The translations under genes were made by a program, and so were the position numbers. Below, piece by piece: positions 26,467 through 37,409 of a stretch of 64,000 bases of DNA. Origin of the DNA: Phallusia mammillata (lineage: Eukaryota); the NCBI GenBank assembly GCA_965637545.1, contig OZ281494.1, positions 18,848,001-18,912,000 of the forward strand, read 5' to 3'. The notes beneath the pieces were generated by a model. It was not told the DNA's origin, did no database searches, and worked only from the letters and a program-made list of their open reading frames with translations. The first letter of the stretch is position 1; the number at the start of each line of letters is the position of its first letter.

Positions 26467-27028
26467 TTATTCGGTAAGTTTGTTCTCTTCTACTTCAAGC
26501 AGATCATTAATATCATCTGAATCATCTGGAAGACTCTCGAACTCTTTGTCTTCTTCAAGTTTTACGTCTTCGTTGTCATCTTCGTTTTCTATTTGTTACA
26601 TTAAAAAGAATAGACCCGCTACGCTTAAAAGTGGCCTAATACGCAAAAATGGAAATACTAAACGAGCTTGGCACACATTTTACGAGAGAGTGATCAATAA
26701 TTTAAATTGATCACTTTGTAGCAAGATTGCCTAAATATTGACAGGTGTAGACCATATCAGATTTACCTGAGATAAAGTTGTCTTTTCCAGTCCTGTGTAA
26801 GCAAAACATAATTTGTAGCAATGGTATTAGTAGCACATAGTTTCAGATAAAAACTTTAAAGACTTGCCTGCTGCGGCGGCGGTAGTAACAGCGTCGACGG
26901 TAGTACGGTGTTCGACGTCTGTAGATTACAATACGTCTTCGTCTTCTTCGTCGCCAAAAAAGCGAGTCACTCAGATCAACTACCAAAAGAAAAAGCACAA
27001 GAAGGGAGACGCACGTCTTGATTTTCAT
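26467..27028 (-). CDS. Cationic peptide precursor 4 (paralog of 3)
   Basis: Exons 26868-27028 (GC donor), 26767-26792, 26467-26588. Mature LFWRRRRRRRIVIYRRRTPYYRRRCYYRRRSRTG; signal peptide and tail identical in protein to copy 3. Confidence 0.85.
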
Positions 27029-29417
27029 CTGTAAACGCAAACAAATAGTATATTACACTTTAACGTTTATAAACTACAAGCAAATTTTACTTAAAAATAC
27101 ATGTTTTGTTATTAAACCTACCTTGTTTGATCAACCTTCGCTGTACCAAACTGTGCAAAGTTTACAATAGCAGCTACTTATATAGCATTCAAACTAAACC
27201 GAAATATCCAATCAGCCGTTGAGAAGTAAAATCCAAACGTGTTGGCGTTTCCCTATCTTCCGTGCCCAAATAGGCAGCCTGCCTTAAAATCGCAAACAAA
27301 TCCGGTTTTGGGTGTTTATCCGCACAACCCACTGCAATTTTTAGCGTGAAGATAATTTTACCGGATGAGCGATGTATTTATATTCCGTAGGCAAGAACAG
27401 TGGGTGCATCCTTTGTGAACCCGCACCATCCTTAGTTGATTCCAAATCATCCACCTACTGTAGAAATCCTTCTTGTGACAGCTGTTGTTGTGACAACCTT
27501 TTGCGAGTGAGCAATATCGAGATAAAATATTGCAATCAAGTATTTTGGTTATGAACCTTGAGCCTTCTTGGAGGTTATTTCAGGCAACTGCGGGCCGGTT
27601 GGCATTAAAATTTACACGCGAGAGCCATATAGCATACAAGCCCGAACGCAGCGCTGTTCCAAAGCCGTGCTTCGCGTAGATCTTTTTTGGAATCAGAAGA
27701 AACTCAATGGCTTACTACAATCTTATTTAGAGTCATATGGTGCTACTGTCAAAACGTAAAATTTTGTGCCATATTCAAGAGTCTCCTCTATTGGCAATAT
27801 TTATTTATTTTCATCGCAATTAACAAAACAAAGACATTGGTTCGTACAATAGCGAAGGCATTAATATATTTAGTCCTGCTGTGATGTAACAAACTGTCTT
27901 TCGAACGTTTTTCTTCGTTCTGTAAAACAAGGGAAAATTAATCCTATAGGTATACATATTGTTGCGGGAACACTTACATTAGAAATAGTTTGGCAAGATT
28001 TATTTTTTATGAGATATATGGCAAGATAAAAGGCCTTCGCGGGCCGGATAAGATGACGTCGCGTGCTGGATCTGGCCCACGCGCCGCGGGTCGTAGTTTG
28101 GGGCACCTGGCTAGAGAGTGTATAGGAAAAAACGAAATGTTACTTCCAGAAAAATTGAAGTGCAAATGAGGCGGCTTAAAACAACTTGCTGGGGAACAAA
28201 ATTGTCATTGACTTGATAACAATAGTTTTGTCAAATCGTTTAAACTTTACAGTTGAATACTATTTTTGCGACATCCAAAGACGATTCTGTTCGTGGTTAA
28301 GAATGTTTTAGGTTTCTGAAAGTACTACAAGTCCCCTAAATATAATGCAAAAATATGCAGAAACATCAAAACATCTGGATACTTTTGCTGCAAATATTGT
28401 GCGATTGCACCCACCAAAGGCTTGTAGATTACATATAATGGGCAAAAAATATGTCAAGACATGGATATACGAAAGCTGTGTTGGAAACAGCATAGGCCCA
28501 GCCCATTTCAATTGAGAGAAGGGACACAAAACTTGATAAATATTTAACGTGGCATTAATTTAAGTCCACGACTTTTCAGTCTTAATCATCTTGCACTTTT
28601 ATAATCATGGAAAGCAGTATTTCTAAAACTGCTTGAATTAAGGTCGAACGGACAGAGCTTCAAACGAAGAACCATGACTATAGTCATTGCGTAACTTGAA
28701 ACCTACCTCGTCAGCGATGCTTACCAAAAACGCAAACTGCATACCAGCAGACAGCATTTCAAGAAAAATTACATCACTGTAGGCCTACATACGATCTGGC
28801 TTGTGAAATGCATAGTCAGTCTGACCACACCGACAGGAAGCATAGGCGTCATCTAATTTTTCCGATTATGTATGTTCGGTAAAACACAATTCATTTAAAT
28901 TTGGAAACAAGGCAAAGTATCAACTTATGACCATTAACAAAAACGATGTAGACGTCATATTTGCCACACGTAACGCCATGTATTATAAAGCATTTTGTTG
29001 TATGTGCTGCAGTGTGTTTTCGAAAAAATGCCGCAAAATGATATGCCCCAAACCGTAGCACTTTGTAGTCCTGCAAATCCATTGTCATTTTAATGCCGAC
29101 GGTTAACTGTTTTTGCCTTCTTCTTCCTGTTTATGCTGTGCTTTTGTGGAACGCGAAGCATTTGCATACCGTACAGTGCCATATACTATCTATATAAGTT
29201 TAGTTTTCTTCCAACTGGTGTAATGTCCACAAATTACCCGTTTATAGTAAACTCATTAATTGTTGACGGTATCACGTTACCAACCTAATGTCCCTCACTT
29301 AATTAACGTCATGATGACAAGTAAGCTGGCATGAATGCTGGACTTAACATCCATTACTGAGGGATTATGTTTGCCTTATGCTGGTCAGCAGCGCCGAAAA
29401 GTTTGCCGACCCGTGTG

Positions 29418-29639
29418 NNNNNNNNNNNNNNNNNNNNNNNNNNNNNNNNNNNNNNNNNNNNNNNNNNNNNNNNNNNNNNNNNNNNNNNNNNNNNNNNNNN
29501 NNNNNNNNNNNNNNNNNNNNNNNNNNNNNNNNNNNNNNNNNNNNNNNNNNNNNNNNNNNNNNNNNNNNNNNNNNNNNNNNNNNNNNNNNNNNNNNNNNNN
29601 NNNNNNNNNNNNNNNNNNNNNNNNNNNNNNNNNNNNNNN
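29418..29639. other. Assembly gap (222 N)
   Basis: Run of N. Confidence 1.
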
Positions 29640-30092
29640 TTCATAACTGGGATCAGCCCTGAAGCGTCTATGCAGACCAGCGATTACGGCACACTCATCT
29701 ATAAATCACAGTACGCCAGGCCCATTGAAGGCGCCATACCGAATCAGCCGGTCACCAAGCATTCACCACCATATGGCAAGGCGTAGGCTAGAAAAATCTA
29801 GCCTGCGGTGGGATTCGAACCCACGACAGGAGTCTTTCCGGGACTCGCGCTCTACCAACTGAGCTACACAGGCTCAGTGGAGAATCCGCCGAAAGTCGAA
29901 TCACAAGCACCGTTGCCTGCCTCGTATGCTGCACATGTCAGCTTCGTAGTAGGGGATCGCCAGATTGACCAGTATCAGTTAAGATGAACATAAATTCATA
30001 ACTGGGATCAGCCCTGAAGCGTCTATGCAGACCAGCGATTACGGCACACTCATCTATAAATCACAGTACGCCAGGCCCATTGAAGGCGCCAT
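29640..30092. repeat. 355-bp-period unit: 98-bp exact direct repeat (29640-29737 = 29995-30092) enclosing a tRNA-like sequence
   Basis: Seen directly. A 22-nt inverted copy of 29946-29967 lies at 30096-30117, at the junction with the LINE. Confidence 0.9.
29800..29873 (-). ncRNA. tRNA-like Pol III unit (non-canonical; probably SINE/repeat-derived)
   Basis: GCCTGTG-TA-GCTC AGTTGGTA GAGC-GC-GAGTC CCGGAAA GACTC-CTGTC-GTGGG TTCGAAT CCCAC-CGCAGGC-T folds into a complete cloverleaf and is followed by TTTTT. C33 replaces U33, there is an extra base before the anticodon stem, and the GGA anticodon lacks a Ser-type long arm. Confidence 0.6.
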
Positions 30093-30117
30093 CGCCAATC
30101 TGGCGATCCCCTACTAC

Positions 30118-33100
30118 TATGGTAAATGACATATCTGGCACATAACAACATACAGTTCACCAATTTATCGCCGGATCCACCATTGTGGACACCAAAAAGT
30201 AAGTTCACGGGAGGTAACGTCAGTGGGACTCGGGTTCTAGCACTAATCCATGCACAAACGTTTTCCCAATACAGTCTAGTTACATGACAAGAATAAAAAA
30301 CATGGTAAACGTTTTCTGTAGCATTTTTACAGAATGTGCACAAGTCGGAGTCAATTTTCCCAAAGGAGTGCAATATTTGGTTGCACACGATGGCATTCAG
30401 ATTTACTTTAATTTGAAAACTTCTCAACCTATTTTCAATAGTGGAATTAAAGTTGTTAATATATACTTCTCGCCACGGTATGACAAAATTTATGAAAAGC
30501 TTGTTTTTCCAAAAGTCTTGGGACTTAACTGGCACGCGAGCCACGCTGTCTTGTAGCTTTGTGTAAATTGTTTTGACGCTGTTTGTGTCTTTAATAAGAT
30601 TCAATATATGTTCTGACTGAGTTATTTGTGGGTCGATATAGTTTTCTGAGTCCCATTGCTCAGGCAGACTTGAAACAAGTTTTATAAATTGAATGAACTC
30701 TGCGTTATTAGCCTGAAAATTAAATTTTAACGCCAAGTTGTCGTAAGTTTCATACTCTCCTTCATTAGTCAATAGGTGTTCATGTAACATTACGCCAGAG
30801 TCGATCAGGGGTTTCATAAAGAAAGTTTTAGATTGGTACTTAATTTTTTTGTTCAGCCAAAGTGTCCTTTCTGTCGATTTTGGTTTTAGCAGATTTAAAG
30901 TGTGTATGCAACTGACAAGGGTGTGGCGCAAGGTTCTCAAGGGTAAAACACGTTTAACCTCGGCTCGATTAAGCGATATAGTTGCATTTAGAAAAGCGTT
31001 AACTCTTTGTCCCCTTAAGTATGGTGCCTCGATTTGTTTCCAATCCGCAACTACGCTTTCATCAAAAAGTTTTTGAAACCATTTAAGGTTTAGTGCCAGA
31101 ATATAATTTTCTACATTAATTTTCTACATTAAGGCTTTTAATTATTGTTACTTTCCCCAGTAAGGAAAGACTCCTTGTCGACCATAGGTTTGCAATAACT
31201 TTGATCTTTTGCAGTATAGGCAAAAAATTGTATTCCAGCAATTTTTCATCGCTGCACGTCGTGGTCGGAATTACAACCCCCAAATACCTAGTTTTTTGAG
31301 AAGGCCTCAAGAGCCCGGCTTGTTGCATCGGTTTGTGGCAACAGGAGCGTTTGGAACCAACAAAAAATGCGTTTGATTTGTTCATATTTATTTTGCATCC
31401 CGACATATCGCCAAACTCTGTGATTATACTTAATGCTTCGCGAAAATCATTATCGCTGCCGGAGAGAAACAAAACGGTGTCATCCGCAAACATGGAAACT
31501 TTAAATTCTTTGTCATGTACTTTTATACCTAAAAAGTTCCCCTGTCTTAACATTATTCCTAGACATTCAATACTTAGAACAAAAAGCGTGGGAGACAGAG
31601 GATCACCTTGCCTCACTCCTCTTTCGACTTTAAATGGCGCAGATACAAAACTGTTATTAATTATTGCCGATGTCGGGTTTTGGTAAAAACATTTGACATG
31701 TCTAATAATTGTTGGGCCAAAACCAAAAGCTTCTAATGCAGAAAACATAAAATCCCAACTTAACGTATCAAAAGCTTTGAATATGTCCAATGACAAAATT
31801 GCCCCTGGAATATTTTGGTGGTCGGCACTGTCTATAATATCAAATAGAAGTCGAATATTATAGTACCAATGTATCGATTTGCTATGAAACCATTTTGGTC
31901 AGGAGAGATTACATGGTTCAAAACCGACCGTAATCTGTTGTTAACTGCTTTAGAGGCAATTTTATAATCAGCATTTAGTAGCGTAATTGCCCTATAACTA
32001 CCTGGGTGAAGCGGGTCCTTATCCATTTTGGGAAGAAGAGTTATAACAGCTCTGGACTGCGAAGGGGTCAAATTTCCAATTTTTATCGAAAAACTCCACG
32101 CCGCTGTGAAAAGACCTTTTAGGTTTTCCCAAAATGTTAGGTAGAACTCGGCGGGGAAGCCATCGAGTCCCGGTGACTTATTTTTGCCCATGTCTTTTAG
32201 TGCGTTTAAAAACTCGGTCTCCAGAATTTCAGTTTCTATTTTTTCCATGGCTTCTAGCGGAATTTGGGGAAGTCCCAACGATGCTAGTTTAGATGCATTG
32301 ATGTTGGACTTTGTCATCCCTTCTATACAATTGTTCATAAAATTTCGCTAAGCTTTTCAGAATTTTTTCTTGATCTGTAAGGATTTCCGATCCAGAAATT
32401 AGGCGATTTATACTTTTCTTTTCGCCCTGTCGTTTTTCCAGGTTTAAAAAGTATTTCGTATTTTTTTCTCCGTCTTCAGCCCAGCGAGTCCGACTACGGG
32501 TAATGGCGCTGATTGTTTGGCGCTTTAGAAGTTTATCTAGTTCATTTTGAAGGGCGAATAGTTTGTCGTGTAGTTGATCACGTTCCTCACCCGTCGTGTT
32601 ACAAACAGCATTTTGAATTGTGACGATATCCTTTTCTATTTTCGTTAGTTTGGCGCTGTTATTCCGTTTTTTTTTTCGGATGCATACCGGATTGTTTCCC
32701 CTCGGATCACAGCTTTTAAAGCGTCCCATATGACATGCGGATTGATAGCGGAATCTTGATTATCCGTTTTATGCATGTCAATGAGGGATTTAATCTTTTC
32801 TATATATTTCAAATCGGTCAGGAAACTCGCGTTTAGTTTCCAGTAACCCTTTCCACGTGGTAAGGGATTAACGGCGACCTCTAGGGCGAGCATATAGTGG
32901 TCGGACATGGGCCCAGGAACAATGTCGACGTGTTTTACATTTTGTATTAGATCATTACCAAGTAAATAAAAATCAATTCGAGATGCCGCTGGGGGATTTT
33001 TCTGAACCCTTGAGAACTTTTTCAGCATTGGGTTTTTGTGGCGGAAGATATTTGTGAGGTTGAAATGATTAATGTAACGTTGTAGGGTAGCTTTTGCTTT

Positions 33101-33580
33101 TTGGTTACTGTGGATTGATTTTCCGGTTTTATCTAGGTCTGTATTAATTACAAGATTAAAGTCTCCTCCCATTATAATTGACGCGGTTGAAAATCCGTTA
33201 AGCGTGGCAAATAATTTTTCGAAAAAGTCTGGATCATCTTTGTTTGGTGCATAAACGTTTACAAACAATAGTGGCTGAGAATTGATGGTCGCTTCTATCA
33301 TTATAAATCTACCTTCGACGTCTCGGTATATATTCGTTAAAGAATAGGAAAGATGCTTGGCAAAGAGAATTGCGACCCCGCGACTATTGGTGCTTCCGTG
33401 TGCCCAAAACGCTTCACCACCCCACTCCATTCCCCACAATTTGTCATGCTTCTCACAGCCATGTGTTTCTTGTAAGAATGCTACATGACAATTTTTACGG
33501 TGCAAATATTTAATTATAGTTTTCCATTTTAGGGCTAGGTTTAAACCTCGGACATTGTGAGAATTAATTTTAAGAGCCAT
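30118..33580 (-). pseudogene. LINE ORF2 (endonuclease + reverse transcriptase + zf-RVT), broken by 4 frameshifts
   Basis: EN: SHNVRGL, FLQETH, GGDFN, SDH. RT: PGLDGFPAEFY, YRAITLLNADYK, DIFKAFD, GVRQGDPLSP, FADD. Zinc finger: CTFC...HVFYSC. Lesions include an A-run shift (~32670), a 2-nt insertion (~31860) and a 13-nt tandem duplication AATGTAGAAAATT (~31105-31130). Confidence 0.92.
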
Positions 33581-33640
33581 AAAACCTAAATAAGAGTATT
33601 ATTTCATTTATGCACTTGTATTCCTATATTAATGTCCCAT

Positions 33641-34494
33641 TCATATTCTATACCACATTCGCACAAAAACGGTTGGCTGGGACTGATAAGAGCACATTGT
33701 AACTTTCGGCAATAAATTAACGGTTTTACACAAACACGTTAATGAAAACTTTTGGCACACAACACATTCAAATAAATTACCTTCCACTTGGAATTCCGGT
33801 TGGAAGTCTCTGCAACAAGGCATCCATCTCATTCGATTGTTGCAGCCCGGGCATTGACACGTTTTCGTGTTTTCCTGGACCAGGAAGAGCTCGTCAGTGC
33901 AGCATTTAATTGCTACCAAAAACTTTTTTGAACAGCTCCAACATGTAAACGTCTTTGATTCTTCAGTTAGATGCGCTTCTGCTTGGCACCCTGGACAGAT
34001 TAGTGAAATAGTTTTCACACAAAAGCTTTTGCTTTGTGGAAACTCCTCAGGGCTTCGTTCCAGTCTTTTCCTGCTGGCTGTTTTTGAAGGTGCCTTGTTG
34101 TCATGTGGGGTGCTTGTCATCACGTTTTCTGTTACAGGTAGGTTGCCCAAATCCTCGCGATTTTCCTGCTGGTCACCAACAATTAGGTCAGACCCGTTTG
34201 TTGTGATTATTTGATTGCATTCGGCCACCTCAGGGCGAGTCGGGGAAGTGTTATCAGCGTTGGTACGCTGTCCAGTTTCCAACCGTTTCCCTGCTACAGT
34301 TCCAGTTAACACTGGAAAATCGCTTTTCCTTTGTGAACATTCAGCTTGTTTGTGACCTTCCTTACCACAGTATTTACAAGTGAAAACTTGACCGTTGTAG
34401 GTAACATAAAATTCGCAGTTTTCAATCCTTATATAGCTTGGGATAGGTTTTTTCTCCACATCTTCAGCATTCATAGTTGCGATGCGCATTCCAT
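33641..34494 (-). CDS. LINE ORF1 remnant (gag-like, CCHC zinc knuckle), interrupted by SINEs
   Basis: PIPSYIRIENCEFYVTYNGQVFTCKYCGKEGHKQAEC, typical of Tx1-type ORF1. Confidence 0.85.
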
Positions 34495-34765
34495 ACTGGA
34501 AAATTATTATTATTATTTTTTTTTTCACGGGGTTCGAACCCAGGACTCTCCCGGGGACGAATCCCGATCAGGGTTTTTTATGTCTGTATATGGGTCAGGC
34601 GCGCCAGACCGTTCGGCCAAGTTCCTGCCCTACTGGAAAATTATTATTATTATTTTTTCACGGGTTTCGAACCCAGGACACTCCCGGGACGAATCCCGAT
34701 CAAGTTTTTTTTTTAGGTCTGTATGTGGGTCAGGCGCGCCAGACCATTCGGCCAAGTTCCTGCCC
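34495..34765 (-). mobile_element. Two head-to-tail copies of the short tRNA-derived SINE, inserted in LINE ORF1
   Basis: Two ~105-nt heads GGGCAGGAACTTGGCCGAA(C/T)GG...GGTTCGAA(A)CCC with A/TAA tails. The 3' copy is flanked by a duplicated TAATAATAATAATTTTCCAGTA. Confidence 0.8.
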
Positions 34766-35204
34766 GTGCCTTAACGACCCTTTGGGTTACAGTGCCACCA
34801 GGCGGATAAACATCAGCAAAATCCAATAAAAAAACTAGTTTTATTTTAAGGCTAAAACAGCTTAAGCTAAGAATAAAATAAATAAATTCTCATGATGTTC
34901 AAGTATTAAAACCAACGATGTTAAAATATTTTGATAAAACTATATTGAAGTAAGTTTAACAGCACTTCCAATAAATAATTGTGTGGCATTTAATAAGAAT
35001 CTTCTCATCTCGTAAATAACCTAAAAACGAAACAATAAGGTGACCTTGTAAATAAACATTTAACACTACTTACTTGCGCTAACAAAATAACATAGACAAA
35101 GTCAACATACACGAACATTTTGTGTTTGTTTCATGATAAGCTTCTGAATCGTGCTCCTTCACTGCTTTGCATCATAGTGCGACAACATTTTGACAAATTT
35201 CGGG

Positions 35205-35298
35205 AAGGCTAGAAAAATCAACCTGCGGTCGGATTTGAACCTACTACAGAAGCCTAATCGGGGGCCAGCGCTCCAACACCAAATTACACCGGCTGGGT
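35205..35298 (-). repeat. Diverged copy of the tRNA-like unit at 29800-29873
   Basis: GCCGGTGTAATTTGG...GTAGGTTCAAATCCGACCGCAGGTT followed by the same GATTTTTCTAGCCT tail. Confidence 0.65.
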
Positions 35299-36024
35299 GG
35301 CCGGCATCGTACATTATTACCAGTTCAGTGGAGCAATTACAATCTGGGCGTAATTTGCATTCGTAACACCTTTAACCTGTTTTTTAACTTTGCTTTCATG
35401 CTCTTTTATAACTGACATGTATACAGTAAATGTGATTTTCTGCACTGCAGATATGCAATCAAATTCACAAAACTTTTTGGCGGTTCAAACGTGACAATAA
35501 GAAAATACGAGTGTGTGTATATATGTGCTCTTATCGGGCTATAGTGCAAACAATATCAACAGATGATATTAATAAAAGGTTATCGCCATTTTTTTGTTTG
35601 TTTTACAGTAAAAAGTCTCGCATTTCATTTCATTTTTTTAGTTATTAGCGTGACAGCACTACAGACTGCGTGTTTTTTCCTCTAGGAAATGTGTCAAAGC
35701 AACTTGATTCCGGCTCCGACGAAACGAGCGTAGAATCGTGTCCAGTAAATGCCAAGGGTTTCCATCACGATGTCCTTTTCAGGATACCAATTAAGTAAAA
35801 TATTTCAACAGGAATTTAAAATTATTTTGTAACTTCATGCCTATACATTTTCGGTTACTCTCTCTGATATCGTCTCTTAATATAGTTTAGCTATTTAGAC
35901 TTTCAAATCTCTATGACGCGTTCGAATTTTTGCATGTTTAGTGCCATATAACCCAATAAAGTGGTTGTTACAAAAGATAGTTTAGTCATACACACAAATG
36001 TCAATTTTCATCCAACTTAGTTTT

Positions 36025-37215
36025 TCACCCTACTTTAGCTAATAAAAGAAACACATCAAACAAGGCTCGAAATTTGACGTTATCGTCTATGGCTTGAGGG
36101 ACTTCCAGCAATTCTTTTACTCGTTTGCTAAACACTTCAGCAGAATCTAAATCCAAGGGTGTGTGAGGTGGGAATTGGTTCTGGCATAAATCAAAAATAT
36201 GTTGCATATGTAGCTGATAAGAATCCATCGATCGCATAAAACCCTTTGCTGTTGCCAAGTTCCAGTCCCCGTACGCCACCTTATTAATTAAGAAAAAAAA
36301 TACCAAGATTATTAAGAAAAATATAATCATTCTTAATAATATTGTTTTAGTACGTTGCTCCTTACGAGCTAGGGACAGTTAAATAAGTGAAAGTAAGGTA
36401 ATTCAAAAAATTTTTATTTATTTAATTTTTATTTATTTACGGTACATTAAAGCTCTCTGGTGGCGGCGTAAAAGCCTTTGACAAGTCTGATTTTATATGA
36501 TAAAAACGTGGCAAACCTATATATCAGTGTTTGCCTTTTAATATCGTAAATTAACATTCATTAACATCTCTGTTAGACGTTTACTAACCTGTACATTCTG
36601 CTTTTCTTTCTTATTCCATGGAATTGCTTCATATACGTTTGGGAACTGGGTTTTGACCTGAGCGTAGCGAATCATGTCATGACGCTTTCCATGAACAAGA
36701 AAGTGTTCCAGCAAATCACTAACTTTGAATTTGAGATCATCCTTCCCATCCATAAGCGGAACAAGCTTCGGAAACCAATATCCTCCTATTGCGAGGCATC
36801 CATCAGGCTTAAGTACTCTTGCCGTTTCGTCAAAAAATCTGGGAAGGTCAAACCAGTGAGCACACTCCATGGCAAGCACTAGATCAACGGAACCGGCGTC
36901 AACTAACGATAAGTTTTCAGCGCTACCAATTTCGTAAGACACGTTGGGAAATTGGTTTTGCCTCTTGGCTAATTCTATTTGCTGACGACTTACGTCCGAA
37001 GCTAAGATTTGTTTAAAATATGGAGCAAAGTGGTTTGTAGCTTGACCACTGCCACATCCAACTTCAACCATCAAATCATGTCGACTCGATCTGTTCCAAT
37101 CTGGTTTATAGTATTTCATCACTGCTTTAAGAACGTCACTGGAATACTTTGGTCGAAATTTGAAATATTCTGTAGCAATTTTAACGCTTTCGTATCTTCT
37201 CAGAACATTTGTCAT
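36025..37215 (-). CDS. Class I SAM-dependent methyltransferase (Methyltransf_11; Tmt1/Crg1/DDB_G0268948-like), 2 exons, 293 aa
   Basis: Exons 36589-37215 and 36025-36279 (phase 0). Motif I VEVGCGSGQ, SDVS, VDLV, ECAHWF, RVLKPDGCL; N-terminal Y..FRPKY. Confidence 0.88.
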
Positions 37216-37409
37216 TGTATTTATTGCTAAAAGCTATTCCACTACATTTACAGGCGCAGCAAAATTTTTGTCCCAAAAAGAAATAAAAATCCGGTCAACA
37301 TTTAGATCTTTACTTATAAGGTACTTAAGGCAGTAAAGCCAATAAGGTTCTGACATATATGTCAACTGTAGTTGAAAAAACTTGTCATCTATTGTTGCGT
37401 TTTGGACAG

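Larger units (their letters stand above)
20430..28577. repeat. Recent tandem segmental duplication: unit A ~20430-24570, unit B ~25005-28577
   Basis: Near-identical colinear sequence, e.g. AAAGAGCTGAATTGTTTATTTCGCAGCC at both starts and GGCATTAATTTAAGTCCACGACTTTT at both ends. Each unit holds one cationic-peptide gene. Confidence 0.95.
30118..34830 (-). mobile_element. Decayed Tx1/L1-clade non-LTR retrotransposon, truncated at both ends
   Basis: ORF1 remnant with CCHC knuckle, then ORF2 with APE endonuclease, RT and C-terminal zinc finger. No 3' UTR or poly(A) visible. Confidence 0.93.

Noticed and set aside
21861-27028. Protamine genes (RRRCYYRRR resembles protamine P1)
   Set aside because: A clear signal peptide and an in-phase acidic tail point to secretion, not sperm chromatin.
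28660-29180. Possible transposase or gene fragment (HGVTCGKYDV; SCRCGQTDY)
   Set aside because: Short, with stops in all frames and no motif I can assign.
29335-29786. ORFs spanning the N run
   Set aside because: Artefacts of the assembly gap.
29800-29873. Functional tRNA-Ser(GGA)
   Set aside because: No U33, extra base before the anticodon stem, no Ser long variable arm, and it sits in a repeat with a diverged dispersed copy. Kept only as tRNA-like.
34346-34829. Plus-strand ORFs of 79-142 aa
   Set aside because: Antisense readings of LINE ORF1 and the SINE copies.
35686-35800. Possible plus-strand terminal exon (GNVSKQLDSGSDETSVESCP...IPIK*)
   Set aside because: Good acceptor and open frame, but no upstream exons could be linked to it.
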